Positions 47,086 through 59,733 are shown, numbered from the stretch's first letter. The stretch: 64,000 nucleotides of DNA from an uncultured Gemmatimonadales bacterium (GCA_963812085.1 CAWETL010000003.1:849706-913705), one strand, 5' to 3'. Notes: a model not told the origin generated them from the sequence alone. A program made the numbers and translations.

Positions 47086-49922
47086 CGCATCACCGGGCCG
47101 AACGGAGCGGGGAGCCCGGCTTCCCGGGTCCACCGGAGATTGCCGTCGAGCACGATCGCCTCGCCGAGGGGGAAGAACGCGTCGGGCATCGGCCACGAGG
47201 AAGCGGGCAGGAGGAACCGGAGGACGGTGGTCGCCCCGGCCGCGACGCGCACCTGCTGCGGTTCCGACCCGGGCGCAGGCTCGAGCGCCACCGGCTCCGT
47301 GCCGTACAGCCGGATGCGGAGACGCATCGTCCATCCGCCCCGGTCGGCCGAATCCGCGAGCGCGGGCGTGAGGCGCACCACCAGCTGCTGGCCCGCGAGG
47401 CTGGCGGGAATCTCGGCGTTCAGCCGGCCGCGCGCGTAGTTGAGCGGCTCATTTCCAAGGATTCGGCCCGACGGATCGTAGATGGTGGCCGCAAAGTCGG
47501 TGAAGCGGGACCACGCGGCGGCCGGCATCTCGAAATCGACGCGGAGGTCGTGCGCCCAGGCCGGCACGGCGAAGGGCACGTCCTGCGCCTCCCCTGCGTG
47601 GCCCGGAACCACCACGCCCCGCTCGCCGCCGAGGAGCACGACGCCGACCTGCAGCTCGGCCGGCTTCGTCGTCCGGTTGTCGAGGGCGAGTTCGACGCCC
47701 TGCGGATTCCGTGTCAGGCCGATCCGCACCGGCGACGTCCGGATGGTGACCGTGGTGGACCCCGGCGCGATCGGCGACCCGAGGGCATCGGCCTCCCAGA
47801 CCCCGGCCGTCGCATCCGCGGCGTCCACCACGAAGAGCGCCGCCGCCGCCCCACTCCCCGCCGGCTCGGCGTCCTGATCCAGGTTCGGCTGGCCGCTCGG
47901 CTGGTGCAGCGCACCCAGGAGCGTCGGACCCGCCGAATCGGAATTGATCCGCGCATAGAACGGGCGGCCGGAGTCCACGGCAAAGAAAACCCGCTCCGAC
48001 TCTCCCGCGGCCAGCGACACCGGCCCGACGGCCGTGTCGGCCCGCACCGGGACCACCACCGTATTGACGAGCCGGAAGAGCGGACCGGCGAGCGAGTCGG
48101 GGCCCCAGCCGGTCACGATGCCGACGTGCACGCCCGGGCCTCTGAGCAGCTCGCGGCGGTACGACACCGTGACGGTGCTGGTGCCGGCGCCCGCCTCCAC
48201 CTGCCGGGGCGCCACGAGCCACGGGCTGTCGCTCCGGAGCGTCACGGCCAGGGGCGGGACGCCGGCTGGACGTTCGAGCCGGAAACGCTGCAGCGTATCA
48301 CCCGGCCCCGCGAGCCCGCCACGACGAAAGGCCGCGAGCGCGCCCTGGCCTCCGTCGGCGCTGGCCCAGATCTCGGGGACCAAATGTCCCTCGCGCAGCC
48401 AGTTCCACGCCGCCTGGACGTCGGGCGTGCCGGCGCCCTGGTCGAGATAGGTGGCTCCCACGATCGGATGCGCGGTGACCATGAGCGCCTGCTTGAGCTC
48501 CCGCGCGTTCGGGGGCGTCAGGTGATCCGCCCGGGCCGCCGAGACGAGGAGCGCGAGGAGCCCGGCGGCGTGCGGAGACGCCATGCTGGTGCCGCCCTTG
48601 CGTTCCTCGCCGATGTCCCAGCGAGGCACCGTCGAGTAGGCAACGCCCGGCGTGACGAGGTCGGGCTTGGCGATCTCGCCGCCCCGCGCCGAGAAATACG
48701 CCACCGGATCGGGTCGTCCGTCGGTCGGCGCACCGGCCAGGAAGGTGAGCGGGAAGGTGGCGCCGACGCCGAGGGCGCGCGCCGCCGACCCGGGAAAGCC
48801 GACGGTCGAGAGCCCCGGCCCGTCGTTGCCGGCGCTGATGGCCATCGGGACGTCGGGATTGGCGGCGAGGACGGAATCAACGATCTGGTCGATCCGCGCC
48901 GTGCCCTCGAACTCGTTCCCCACCCCAAAGCTCATGTTGAGCACCAGCGGCAGCTGCCGGGCCCGCGCGAACCGGATGGCGTAGTCGAGCGCGCGCAGCA
49001 TGCTCCCGTTGACCGTGACGCCGCCGTGCGCGTCGTTGGCGAGCTTCACGCCGATGAGCTGGGCGCCGGGCGCCACGCCGTCGAAGCCGCCGATGCCGTA
49101 CAGGTCGTTCCCCGCCGCGATGCCTGCCACGTGCGTGCCGTGTCCGCTGTTGTCGAAGAAGAGGTCGAGCGCCGGCTCGCCGTTCACCGTGGCGAGGTTT
49201 GCGGCGATGGTGATCGGCGAGGCCTGCTGCGGCTGGGCCCAGCCAAAGGTGTCGCGGCCGCGGAGATAGTCGCGGATCGGCCGCTCCCCGGCGAACGACC
49301 CGTTGCCGTCGGTGTCGGCAAAGAGCACCCACCCGTCGCTGGCCTGGGTGACGAGCACCGCGAGCGAGTCGGAGTCGTCGCCGTCGCCGTTGAGGTCGGA
49401 GGCGGGCATGTCGCCGAGCGGCCGTTCGCGCAGGATGCCGCCGTACCACGGGCCGGCCGTGTTGAGTGCGCGCACGCGGCTCATCCCGGCCAGCAGGATC
49501 CCCCCGATCCGGACCGAGTCGCCCTCGGGCTGGAGCCTGGCGAGCGGGACCGCGCCCTCGCCGGAAAAATCCCGGAGGTCGAGGATTTTCGGATTGCCGG
49601 TCGGCGTCCGCTGCAGCCCGGGCACGCCGGCGTCGATCCCGCTGTCGAGGATGCCGATGAGCACGCCGCGCCCGTCCCACTCGGGATGGGCGGCCACGAA
49701 GGCGTCGGCGTGGGTGGCCCCAAGCGGCATCCAGCCTCGTGCCAGCGCGGCGTCGGGCGAGGCAACCGGCCGCACCTCGGCGCGTCCGCTCTCCGGGAGG
49801 GCCGGGGGCGGCAGGCCGGGGGTCTCGAGCTTGCCGGGATCGATGTTCGGCTTGGGCGGGTGCACTGCCGGGGCGCAGCCGAGGACGGCCGCCCCGAGGA
49901 GCCAGACTGGGAAGCGTCGCAT
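47082..49922 (-). CDS. Subtilisin-like (S8) serine peptidase lipoprotein, about 946 aa
   Basis: Internal ATG 49922: [18 protein letters not shown] lipobox. Catalytic [27 protein letters not shown]. Long C-terminal beta-rich region. Confidence 0.8.
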   Translation of the reverse strand: MRRFPVWLLGAAVLGCAPAVHPPKPNIDPGKLETPGLPPPALPESGRAEVRPVASPDAALARGWMPLGATHADAFVAAHPEWDGRGVLIGILDSGIDAGVPGLQRTPTGNPKILDLRDFSGEGAVPLARLQPEGDSVRIGGILLAGMSRVRALNTAGPWYGGILRERPLGDMPASDLNGDGDDSDSLAVLVTQASDGWVLFADTDGNGSFAGERPIRDYLRGRDTFGWAQPQQASPITIAANLATVNGEPALDLFFDNSGHGTHVAGIAAGNDLYGIGGFDGVAPGAQLIGVKLANDAHGGVTVNGSMLRALDYAIRFARARQLPLVLNMSFGVGNEFEGTARIDQIVDSVLAANPDVPMAISAGNDGPGLSTVGFPGSAARALGVGATFPLTFLAGAPTDGRPDPVAYFSARGGEIAKPDLVTPGVAYSTVPRWDIGEERKGGTSMASPHAAGLLALLVSAARADHLTPPNARELKQALMVTAHPIVGATYLDQGAGTPDVQAAWNWLREGHLVPEIWASADGGQGALAAFRRGGLAGPGDTLQRFRLERPAGVPPLAVTLRSDSPWLVAPRQVEAGAGTSTVTVSYRRELLRGPGVHVGIVTGWGPDSLAGPLFRLVNTVVVPVRADTAVGPVSLAAGESERVFFAVDSGRPFYARINSDSAGPTLLGALHQPSGQPNLDQDAEPAGSGAAAALFVVDAADATAGVWEADALGSPIAPGSTTVTIRTSPVRIGLTRNPQGVELALDNRTTKPAELQVGVVLLGGERGVVVPGHAGEAQDVPFAVPAWAHDLRVDFEMPAAAWSRFTDFAATIYDPSGRILGNEPLNYARGRLNAEIPASLAGQQLVVRLTPALADSADRGGWTMRLRIRLYGTEPVALEPAPGSEPQQVRVAAGATTVLRFLLPASSWPMPDAFFPLGEAIVLDGNLRWTREAGLPAPFGPVMR

Positions 49923-51580
49923 CAGCGCTGGGTCACCATGTCGAGCGGAGGAAGGACGAAGGGACCCAAATGCGGTCCGCCGTAGTTGGACACCGTCCGG
50001 AGCAGGAAGGCCAGCTGGTCGCGGGTCTCTTCCGGCGTGACGATGGCGTCGAGGTAGCCGCGGGCAGCGGCGAACTTGGCGTCGAGCTGGTGTTCGTAGT
50101 CGGCGCGCATCGAGTCCATGGCGCCCTTGACCGCGGCCGGCGGCTCCGCGCCCGCCAGCCGCGCCTTCTCGATCTCCGGCCCGTGCACGGCGGAGACCGC
50201 CGATTCCCCCTCCATCACCGCCATCCGGCCGGTGGGCCACGACAGGATGAAGTCGGGGTCGAATCCCTGCCCCGCCATCGCGTAATACCCGGCGCCGGAG
50301 GCGTGGTTGACCGTCAGCACGATCTTGGGCACCACCGCCGTCGCCATGGCCTCGACGAAGCGGGCGCCGGCGCGGATGATCCCCGAGTGTTCCGCCTCGG
50401 GGCCCACCATGAAGCCGCTCACGTCCTGGATGAAAAGGAGCGGGATGCGCTCCCGACTGGCCGTCTCGATGAAATACGCGACCTTCTCCGCGCTCTCGGT
50501 GTACACGATGCCGCCGAACTTCGGGCGGCTGCCCTCGGGACCCTTGACCAGCCCGCGCCGGTTGGCGATCACCGCCACGGGCCACCCCTCGAGGTGCCCG
50601 TGGCCGCAGATCATCTCCCGGGCCACGTCCGGCTGGAATTCGTCGAGCGCGCCGCCGTCGAGCACGCACTCGAGGAGGTGCGGCATGTCGTAGGACATGC
50701 GGTGGTCGTGCGGCAGCAGGTCGTACAGCTCGGCGGGGTCCCGCTTGGGCGGCCGCAGGGCGCGCACCTGGTGGCGCACGCCCTCGAGGCGGGGGAGCCG
50801 GCCCACGTACTCCCGGATCCGCTGGAGGCACTCGCCGTCGTTGGCGGCGCGGTAGTGGGCCACCGCGCTCACGGCGGTGTGGGTCCGCGCGCCGCCCAGC
50901 GATTCCGCGTCCACCGTCTGCCCGGTGGCGCCCTTGACCAGGTTCGGGCCGCCGAGGCCCATGAAGCTGGTGCCGTCCACCATGAAGATCACGTCGGAGA
51001 GCGCGGGCAGGTACGCGCCGCCGGCCACGCAGCTCCCCATGACGGCACTGACCTGCGGGACGTGCAGGTAGCGGCGCATGATCGAGTTGTAGTAGAAGAT
51101 GCGGGAGGCGCCGTACTGGCCGGGGAACACCCCGCCCTGGTACGGGAGGTTCACGCCGGCGCTGTCCACCAGGTAGATGATCGGGATCCGCTGGCGCATG
51201 GCCACTTCCTGCGCCCGGAGGATCTTCCGGATCGTCTCGGGCCACCAGGAGCCCGCCTTGACCGTGGCGTCGTTCGACACGATCACGACTTCCCTGCCCT
51301 CGACGACGCCGAGGCCGGTGATGACGCCGGCGCCGGGCGCCTGGCCATCGTACTGGTCGTAGGCTACGAGCAGGCCGAGTTCGAGCCAGGGCGTGCCCGG
51401 GTCGCGCAGCTGTTCCACGCGTTCGCGGGGGGAGAGCTGGCCCTTGGCGTGCATCTTGGCCACGCGCGACGCGCCGCCGCCGGCCTCGAGCCGGTGCGCG
51501 AGCGCGCGGTACTCGTCGGTCAGGAGCCGGAGACGGCTGGCCGAAGCAGCCGTGGAGGCCGACTTGGGAGCGGGGCGCAC
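49922..51580 (-). CDS. Acyl-CoA carboxylase carboxyltransferase (beta) subunit (MccB/AtuC/PccB family)
   Basis: GQLSPRERV, ANDATVKAGSW, DSAGV, SAVMGSCVAGGAY, ANRRG, FIQDVSGFMVG motifs. Confidence 0.85.
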   Translation of the reverse strand: MRPAPKSASTAASASRLRLLTDEYRALAHRLEAGGGASRVAKMHAKGQLSPRERVEQLRDPGTPWLELGLLVAYDQYDGQAPGAGVITGLGVVEGREVVIVSNDATVKAGSWWPETIRKILRAQEVAMRQRIPIIYLVDSAGVNLPYQGGVFPGQYGASRIFYYNSIMRRYLHVPQVSAVMGSCVAGGAYLPALSDVIFMVDGTSFMGLGGPNLVKGATGQTVDAESLGGARTHTAVSAVAHYRAANDGECLQRIREYVGRLPRLEGVRHQVRALRPPKRDPAELYDLLPHDHRMSYDMPHLLECVLDGGALDEFQPDVAREMICGHGHLEGWPVAVIANRRGLVKGPEGSRPKFGGIVYTESAEKVAYFIETASRERIPLLFIQDVSGFMVGPEAEHSGIIRAGARFVEAMATAVVPKIVLTVNHASGAGYYAMAGQGFDPDFILSWPTGRMAVMEGESAVSAVHGPEIEKARLAGAEPPAAVKGAMDSMRADYEHQLDAKFAAARGYLDAIVTPEETRDQLAFLLRTVSNYGGPHLGPFVLPPLDMVTQR

Positions 51581-51581
51581 G

Positions 51582-52007
51582 TCAGTCCTTCAGGTGCTCG
51601 GCCGCCCAGCCCTGGATGTACTCCACCAGGTCGGAGGTCGGCGTGCCCGGGCCGAAGAGGCGCCCGGTGCCGAGGCGCTGCAGCGCCTCGACGTCCTCGG
51701 CGGGGAGGATGCCGCCGCCGGTGAGGAGAATGTCCTGCCGCCCCTGCGCGTCCAGCAGCTGGCGCACGCGGGGGAAGAGCGTCATGTGGGCGCCCGAGAG
51801 GATGGAGAGCCCCACGACGTCGACGTCCTCCTGCACCGCCGCGGCGGCGACCATCTCCGGCGTCTGGTGCAGGCCGGTGTAGATGACTTCCATCCCGGCG
51901 TCACGCAGGGCCGCGGCGACCACCTTGGCGCCACGGTCGTGCCCGTCGAGGCCGGGCTTGGCCACGAGCACGCGGATGGGCCGGGCGGGAGACTTGGTGC
52001 GGGTCAT
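51582..52007 (-). CDS. icmB: B12-binding small subunit of an acyl-CoA mutase (IcmB-like)
   Basis: [21 protein letters not shown] (DxHxxG) ...[11 protein letters not shown]...GGG. 141 aa. Confidence 0.85.
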   Translation of the reverse strand: MTRTKSPARPIRVLVAKPGLDGHDRGAKVVAAALRDAGMEVIYTGLHQTPEMVAAAAVQEDVDVVGLSILSGAHMTLFPRVRQLLDAQGRQDILLTGGGILPAEDVEALQRLGTGRLFGPGTPTSDLVEYIQGWAAEHLKD

Positions 52008-52049
52008 GCGCTGAGGCTCCTGTCTGGGAAATCGAACGGCACGCGTCGG

Positions 52050-53216
52050 CTAGCGGAACCGCAGCAGGGCGGCCAGGCCATGGATGGCCTTCTTGGCCGT
52101 CGGCTGATAGACCACGTCCACGGCGATCCGCTGCCGCAGCGCTTCCTCGATGGCGTCGTCGAGGACGTCGATGACGGGGACCACGTCCGGCTCCCCGCGC
52201 AGGTCGGCCTCCATCACCGCGAGCCGCCCGGAGGCGAGCGCGCGATAGCCGGGCTCCGCCACGTCGGGATCGACGAGCAGGGTGCGCACCTGGCCCCGGC
52301 CGAGCGCCTTGAGGGTGTCGCGCACGTCGTCCACCGCCCACCCGGTGCCCAGCCCCTCCTCGAGCTCGTGCATCAGCAGCAGTTCGGAGGTCCGTTCCCA
52401 CTCGTGACGGACGGCCAGGGTGGCGGCCAGCACTTCGGCCGCCGTCACCGACTTCACGTTGAGGCGCACCGAGCCCATCACCCGGTCGAGCAGGTAGGGA
52501 TGGAGGAACGGGCCGAGCGCGCCGGCGTCGGTGCCGTTGCCGGCGAGCACGATGCCGTTGACCGGGTCCTTGCGGTCGAGCACCTGCAACTGGCGGGCGG
52601 CGAGCTCGAGGTGACGCTGGCGCTCCTCGCGGATCCGGTTCTGGAAGCTGCGCTCGCCCCATCCCGGGCCGTCCTGGTCGCCGTGATAGCGGCCGCCGCG
52701 GGTCGACGGCGACACGAGGCTCTCCACCTCGTGCGCGCCGAACGCCGTGACCTGGAAGAACCGGGCGGCGGTGCGGTCGAGGACGGCGGTGAGGATCCGG
52801 CCGAACTCGTCCTCCACCGAGGCCAGCTCGCGCACCAGCGGGGTGCGGTCCACCGCCAGGCGGGAGCGGTGCACGCCGGGCAGGGGCACCACTTCCCACA
52901 GCTTGAGCGGGCCGCAGGCAAAGATGGCCACGCCCTGCGACGAGGGGAGGCTGCCGGGGTGCTTGAGGAAGTCGAGCACGCGCGCCAGGTCGGCGCGCAC
53001 CGCCTCGTCGGTGGCGCGCTCGAGGCCGAGCGCCGGCAGCGCCGCCTCGAGGTCGCGGACCCGGTTCTTGACCTTGATGAGGTACTTGCCTCGCGCGCGG
53101 TCCCGCGGCTCCAGCTTCAGGTAGCAGGTGACCACGCGGTGCCGGCCGGGCCGGACGGCGTTCAGGCGGGCGAGTTGCGCGCCGACGGGGTCGGCGGACG
53201 ACTTGGTGCGTGCCAT
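52050..53216 (-). CDS. Bacterial eRF1/Pelota-like (baeRF1-type) protein
   Basis: GGAGGA RBS then ATG 53216. Central RGGRYHGDQDGPGWGERSFQNRIREERQRH. C-terminal GWAVDDVRDTLKALGRGQVRTLLV resembles eRF1 domain 3. 388 aa. Confidence 0.6.
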   Translation of the reverse strand: MARTKSSADPVGAQLARLNAVRPGRHRVVTCYLKLEPRDRARGKYLIKVKNRVRDLEAALPALGLERATDEAVRADLARVLDFLKHPGSLPSSQGVAIFACGPLKLWEVVPLPGVHRSRLAVDRTPLVRELASVEDEFGRILTAVLDRTAARFFQVTAFGAHEVESLVSPSTRGGRYHGDQDGPGWGERSFQNRIREERQRHLELAARQLQVLDRKDPVNGIVLAGNGTDAGALGPFLHPYLLDRVMGSVRLNVKSVTAAEVLAATLAVRHEWERTSELLLMHELEEGLGTGWAVDDVRDTLKALGRGQVRTLLVDPDVAEPGYRALASGRLAVMEADLRGEPDVVPVIDVLDDAIEEALRQRIAVDVVYQPTAKKAIHGLAALLRFR

Positions 53217-53245
53217 TCTATCCTCCAGGCCAGCGGCCCGGGGCG

Positions 53246-54945
<1,700 letters not shown>

Positions 54946-54949
<4 letters not shown>

Positions 54950-55989
54950 GACCGGGCTCCCTGCTTCAGGCCTTCCAGGATAGTGGCTGCCAGCTCGTAG
55001 GGACTCACCCGTCCCGTTTCGAGGTCGTCGAGGCGCGCGCGGATGGCCTGTTCGGCCGCGGTCTCGTCCCACACCCAACGTACCAGCGCGCGGTCCACCA
55101 CCTCGCGGGTGCGCTCCTCGAGGCGCCGGCGCCGGCGCTCCCGCAGCGTGCCGGACTGGGCCAGCCAGGCGCGGTGATCGTCGAGCGCCTTCACCACCAG
55201 GTCCACCCCCTCGCCCTTGGCGGCGACGGTGGCCAGCACGGGCTGGACCCAGGCGGCGGAGCCCTCGTCGTCGGCCGTGGCCGCCGCCTTCGCCGCGGCG
55301 CGGGCCTGGAAGCCGTGGTGCGCCGGGACGTGGCGGAAGGCGTTGCCGCGGCGGATGCCGAGGGTGATCTCGATTTCCTGGCGCAGCTTGTCGGCGCCGG
55401 AGCGGTCCGCCTTGTTGACGACGAAGAGGTCCGCCACCTCCATCACGCCGGATTTGAGGGTCTGGATGCCGTCGCCCGACTCGGGCACCAGCAGCAGGAG
55501 GCTGGTGTCGGCCATCCGCGACACGTCGAGCTCCGACTGACCCACGCCGACGGTCTCCACCAGGATGCGGTCGAAGCCCGCCGCGTCGAGCACGTCGCAG
55601 ACCTCGCGCGTCGTGGTGGCGAGCCCGCCAAGCGATCCGCGCGTGGCCATCGAGCGGATGAATACTCCCGGGTCGAGGGCCACGCTCTCCATCCGGATCC
55701 GGTCGCCGAGGAGCGCCCCGCCCGAGAAGGGGCTGGTCGGGTCCACCGCCACGACCGCCACGGTCAGGCCCTGTCCGCGGAACGCTGCCACCAGCCGTTC
55801 GGTGAGCGTGGACTTCCCGGCGCCGGGGGGGCCGGTGATGCCGATCCGGTGTGCCCGGCCGAGCTGCGAATGGAGCGCGCTCAGCAGCGACTCGAAGCCC
55901 TCCCGGCCGTTCTCGACCACCGAAATGGCGCGGGCCAGCGCGGCCGGGCGGCGCTCGCGAAGTCCCTGCAGCATTGCGTCACGATCCAT
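54946..55989 (-). CDS. meaB: MeaB/ArgK-type G-protein chaperone for B12 mutases
   Basis: [39 protein letters not shown]. Confidence 0.9.
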
Positions 55990-56024
55990 GCTGGAAAGTC
56001 ACCCGTTCCGGGGGCAGGGGCAAG

Positions 56025-57359
56025 CTAGACCAGGAACCACGTGGCCATGCCGAGGAGCAGGAAGAATCCGCACATGTCGGTGAAGGTCGTGACGAACACC
56101 GAGCTCGCGATGGCCGGGTCGACCTTGAGGCGCTCGAGGAGCAGCGGAACGAAGGCCCCGGCGAACCCGGCCACCGCCAGGTTCCCGGTCATCGCGAAGG
56201 CCACCACCGCGCCGAACTTCGGGCCGGCGGCGAACCAGGCGATGGAGCCGGCGATGAGCGCGTTGGCGAGCCCGTTGACCAGCCCGACGACCATCTCCTT
56301 CCCCACGATGCCGCCGGCCGCGCCGGCGGGCACCTGGCCCAGCGCGATCCGGCGCACCGACACCGCGAGCGCCTGGGTCCCGGCGTTGCCTCCCATCCCC
56401 GCGATGACCGGCATGAAGACCGCGAGCCACTTCAGTTCCTGGATCGCGTTGGAGAACACCAGCACCACCGAGGCGGCCGCGAACGCGGTGATGAGGTTCA
56501 CGTACAGCCAGGGCAGGCGGCTCCGCACCGCAACGCTCCACGGGGCGCTCAGCTCTTCGTCCGGCGAGACGCCGCCGAACTTGAGGAGGTCCTCGGTGGT
56601 CTCCGCCTCGACGACGTCGATCACGTCGTCGAAGGTGACGCGGCCGAGGAGCTTGCCGTCGGCGTTCACCACCGGCAGGCTCGGCAGGTTGTAGCGCGAC
56701 ATCAGCCGCGCGACTTCCTCCTGGTCGAGCTCGGGCGTGACGAAGATGTCGGCCGGCTCCATGAACTCCCGCACCGGCCGGGTCGGGGCGCTGGTCACCA
56801 GGTCCCTGAGCGGCAGGACGCCCGCCAGGCGGCCCCCGGCGTCCACCACGAAGACCTGGTAGAACCCCTCGTTCTCCTCGGCCTGCCGGCGGATCTCCTC
56901 GATGGCCTCGCCCGCCGTGGCCGTGTCGAGCACCGACACGACCTGCGTGGTCATCAGGCCGCCGGCGGATTCCTCGTCGTACTTGAGCAGCCGGTCCACC
57001 CCGGCGCGGTCCTCGACCTCGGAGAGGATGCGCTCCTGCTCGTGGGGCTCGAGCTCCTGCAGGATGTCGGTGGCGTCGTCGTCGGCCATTTCGTCGACGA
57101 TGTCGGCCGCCTGTTCGGGCTCCAGCGCCGCCAGCGTATCCTCGGCGTGCTCCTCCTCCGGCATCTCGACCAGCGCCTCGCCCGAAATGTCCGGCGGCAG
57201 CGCGCGGACGGCAGTCAGCCGCTCGGCGTCGTCCAGCGAGGAGAGCACGTCCGCGAGGTCGGCGGGCTCGAGGTCGAGGGCGCGCCGGACGAACTCGTCG
57301 AGGCGGCCCGCGCGCAGCAGCTCGGCGAGGCCGGGCTTGGCCCGCGTCCTGGGGCTCAC
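56025..57359 (-). CDS. mgtE: Magnesium transporter MgtE
   Basis: N-domain, tandem CBS domains, and a TM domain with MGGNAGTQ and FTDMCGFF motifs. GTG start overlaps the upstream stop. Confidence 0.9.
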   Translation of the reverse strand: MSPRTRAKPGLAELLRAGRLDEFVRRALDLEPADLADVLSSLDDAERLTAVRALPPDISGEALVEMPEEEHAEDTLAALEPEQAADIVDEMADDDATDILQELEPHEQERILSEVEDRAGVDRLLKYDEESAGGLMTTQVVSVLDTATAGEAIEEIRRQAEENEGFYQVFVVDAGGRLAGVLPLRDLVTSAPTRPVREFMEPADIFVTPELDQEEVARLMSRYNLPSLPVVNADGKLLGRVTFDDVIDVVEAETTEDLLKFGGVSPDEELSAPWSVAVRSRLPWLYVNLITAFAAASVVLVFSNAIQELKWLAVFMPVIAGMGGNAGTQALAVSVRRIALGQVPAGAAGGIVGKEMVVGLVNGLANALIAGSIAWFAAGPKFGAVVAFAMTGNLAVAGFAGAFVPLLLERLKVDPAIASSVFVTTFTDMCGFFLLLGMATWFLV

Positions 57360-58549
57360 GGCGCCTCCCGAACGAGCGGGGTGGGAGGCACCGGCCCGGG
57401 GCGCACCAGCACCCGGTCCACCCGCGTGGCGGACGCGGCGACGACGTCGATCTCGAGCCCCTGCACGACGAACCGCTCGCCCGCCAGGGGGATGCGGCCG
57501 GCCAGCTCGACGAGCATCCCGCCGATGGTCGAGGCCTCTGCGCTGGGCAGGGTGACGCCGAACTGCCCCGCGACCGCGGAGGCGGGCGTGGCCCCGTCGA
57601 GCTCGGCGAGCACCGGCGCGCCGGACACCGGCCCGGCGGACTCGGGGTCGTGTTCGTCGTAGATCTCGCCGACGAGCTCCTCGAGCAGGTCTTCGAGCGA
57701 CACCATCCCCATCGTGCCGCCGAATTCATCGAGGACGACGGCCAGGTGCCGCCGCTCCCGCTGCATGTCGAGGAAGAGGGCGCCGGCGGGCCGGCCCGGC
57801 GGCGAGACCGCCACCGGCCGCACCGGGAGCGGATCGCCGGGGCGGAGCTTGAAGAGGTCGAAGGCGTGGAGCATGCCCACGATCTCGTCCAGCGTGCCGC
57901 GATAGACCGGGATCCGGCTGTATCCGCTCTGGGAAAAGACCTTCAGCACGTCCTGCAGGTCGGCGTCCTCGGGGATCGCGACGAGCTCGGTGCGCGGCGT
58001 CATGATATCGCGCACCGGCCGGCTCGCGAACGCCATCACGCCGCCCACGGTGCGGAGGTCCTCGTCGGCCCGGAGGCCGACCGCCGCGCCCTCGCGCCAG
58101 AGCGTGCGGAACTCGGTGGCCCGGGAGGGACGCCGCGCCGGGAGGAGGAAGCCGAGCAGCTTGGCCCACGGGGTGAGGATCGGCATCACGATGCGGGTGA
58201 CGGCATCGGCCCGCGAGGCGGTGAGCCAGCGCGGGGCGAGATAGCCGCTGAAGAGCACGAACGGCACCGCGACCAGCGCGACGAGCGGCGCGAGGAGGGC
58301 GGCGCCCGAACCGGCGAACACCGCCGGGAAGGCGGCGCCCAGCAGGATCACGCCGAACGCGGTGGTGGCGGCCGCGGTGGTCAGCATCGACTCGATGCGC
58401 GAGAGCCAGGCGAGCGCCGAGGAGCCCCCGCGCAGTTGCCGGGAGACGGCGCGTGCGAGCTCGGCACGGCTCACGTACACCAGCGCCGCGCCGGCCATCG
58501 ACCCGAAGAGGGTGAGCACCAGCCCCGCGAGGAAGGCAGCCCAGATCAT
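57356..58549 (-). CDS. CNNM/CorC-family transporter-associated protein (DUF21-CBS-CorC_HlyC)
   Basis: Internal ATG 58549. TM N-terminus, IMTPRTELVAI, SRIPVY, VVLDEFGGTMGMVSLEDLLEELVGEI. Confidence 0.8.
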   Translation of the reverse strand: MIWAAFLAGLVLTLFGSMAGAALVYVSRAELARAVSRQLRGGSSALAWLSRIESMLTTAAATTAFGVILLGAAFPAVFAGSGAALLAPLVALVAVPFVLFSGYLAPRWLTASRADAVTRIVMPILTPWAKLLGFLLPARRPSRATEFRTLWREGAAVGLRADEDLRTVGGVMAFASRPVRDIMTPRTELVAIPEDADLQDVLKVFSQSGYSRIPVYRGTLDEIVGMLHAFDLFKLRPGDPLPVRPVAVSPPGRPAGALFLDMQRERRHLAVVLDEFGGTMGMVSLEDLLEELVGEIYDEHDPESAGPVSGAPVLAELDGATPASAVAGQFGVTLPSAEASTIGGMLVELAGRIPLAGERFVVQGLEIDVVAASATRVDRVLVRPGPVPPTPLVREAP

Positions 58550-59733
58550 TCGGCCTCCGCCGGTGCCGCGCTCTCCACGGCGGGAAGCTGCCGGGCCAGG
58601 ACCCGCCGCACCCGGCGGCGGCTCACCTGCTCCACCTCGAGTTCGAGCGCGCCCACCCGCACCGACTCCCCGACCCGCGGGATCCGTCCGAGTTCCGCCA
58701 GCACGAGCCCGCCGACGGTGCTGACGTCCTCGCGCCCGAGGTCGTGACCGAAGAGGGCCTCGAGCTCGGAGAGCGCCACGCCGCCCTGGACCCGCCAGGC
58801 GCCGTCGCCGGCGGCCTGCACCGGCTCCACCTCGTCCACGTCGTACTCGTCGTGAATCTCGCCGACCACCTGCTCGAGGATGTCCTCGAGCGTGATGAGG
58901 CCCGCCGTGCCGCCGAACTCGTCCACCACGACCGCGAGATGGCTGGGCCCGCGCTGGAAGTCGCGCAGCTGCCGGTCGAGCGACTTGCCGGTCGGCACGA
59001 ACGGGACCGGCCGGATGAGCGTGGTCCACGGCGGGGCGGTCTCGTCGTCCGAGAGGTGCGCCAGCATGTCCTTGGCGTACACCACGCCGACGACGGCGTC
59101 GGGATGCTCCTCGAAGACCGGCATCCGCGCATGCTCGGCGCGGCTGAAGGTGGCGACCACGTCCTCCCGGCTGTCGGAGCGGTCCACCCCCACGATGTCG
59201 ATGCGCGGGGTCATCACCTCGGAGACCACCATCTGGGCGAGGGAAAAGACGCCGATGAGGGCGTCGCGCCGCGTCGCATCGGGCCGCGGAAGGTGCGGAC
59301 CGGGCGGCGCCGGCCGCATGCCGTGGCGGTCCACCCACGCCACGAGCCGGAAGAGCGGTGCGAAGATGGCGAGCGAACGCGCCGCCGCGGGGCGGGCCAG
59401 GCGCGCCAGGTCGGGCGCGATCGACGCGAGGAGCCGGGGGAGCAGGTCTCCCACCACCCACACGACGGCCACCGCGAGGAGGAGCCGGAGCGCGCCGGCG
59501 AAGGGCGCCCAGTCCCACCAGACGATGGCGGTGGCGGCGGAGGCGCCGGCCAGCACCAGCAACGCCAGGTGCGCCAGGTGGAGCTGCCGCGCGAGGAGCA
59601 GCACCCCGCCGGTTTCCGTCTCGGGACGGGGCAGGTCGCCCTCCGCCTCGGCGGCGAGCGCCAGCCACGCGGCCCAGATGGCGAAGACCACGAGCGCCGT
59701 CGGCGCGAGCATCAGGTGGAAGAGGGCGCTCAC
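58546..59733 (-). CDS. CNNM/CorC-family transporter-associated protein, second paralog
   Basis: GTG 59733 overlaps the ybeY TGA. VMTPRIDIVGV, ARMPVF, VVVDEFGGTAGLITLEDILEQVVGEI. Confidence 0.8.
   Translation of the reverse strand: MSALFHLMLAPTALVVFAIWAAWLALAAEAEGDLPRPETETGGVLLLARQLHLAHLALLVLAGASAATAIVWWDWAPFAGALRLLLAVAVVWVVGDLLPRLLASIAPDLARLARPAAARSLAIFAPLFRLVAWVDRHGMRPAPPGPHLPRPDATRRDALIGVFSLAQMVVSEVMTPRIDIVGVDRSDSREDVVATFSRAEHARMPVFEEHPDAVVGVVYAKDMLAHLSDDETAPPWTTLIRPVPFVPTGKSLDRQLRDFQRGPSHLAVVVDEFGGTAGLITLEDILEQVVGEIHDEYDVDEVEPVQAAGDGAWRVQGGVALSELEALFGHDLGREDVSTVGGLVLAELGRIPRVGESVRVGALELEVEQVSRRRVRRVLARQLPAVESAAPAEAE

Noticed and set aside
47082-51245. 1387-aa ORF, and similar giants at 52050..54677, 57356..59668, 27910..30186, 33072..34664, 33665..35518 and 13707..15899
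   Set aside because: Each consists of a real gene at its 3' end plus an upstream extension that reads the neighbouring gene out of frame (low-complexity R/P/G/A sequence). Internal starts that overlap the upstream stop were used instead.
57340-57420. M-box (Mg) riboswitch upstream of mgtE
   Set aside because: The mgtE start overlaps the stop of the preceding corC-like gene (GTGA), leaving no leader region.
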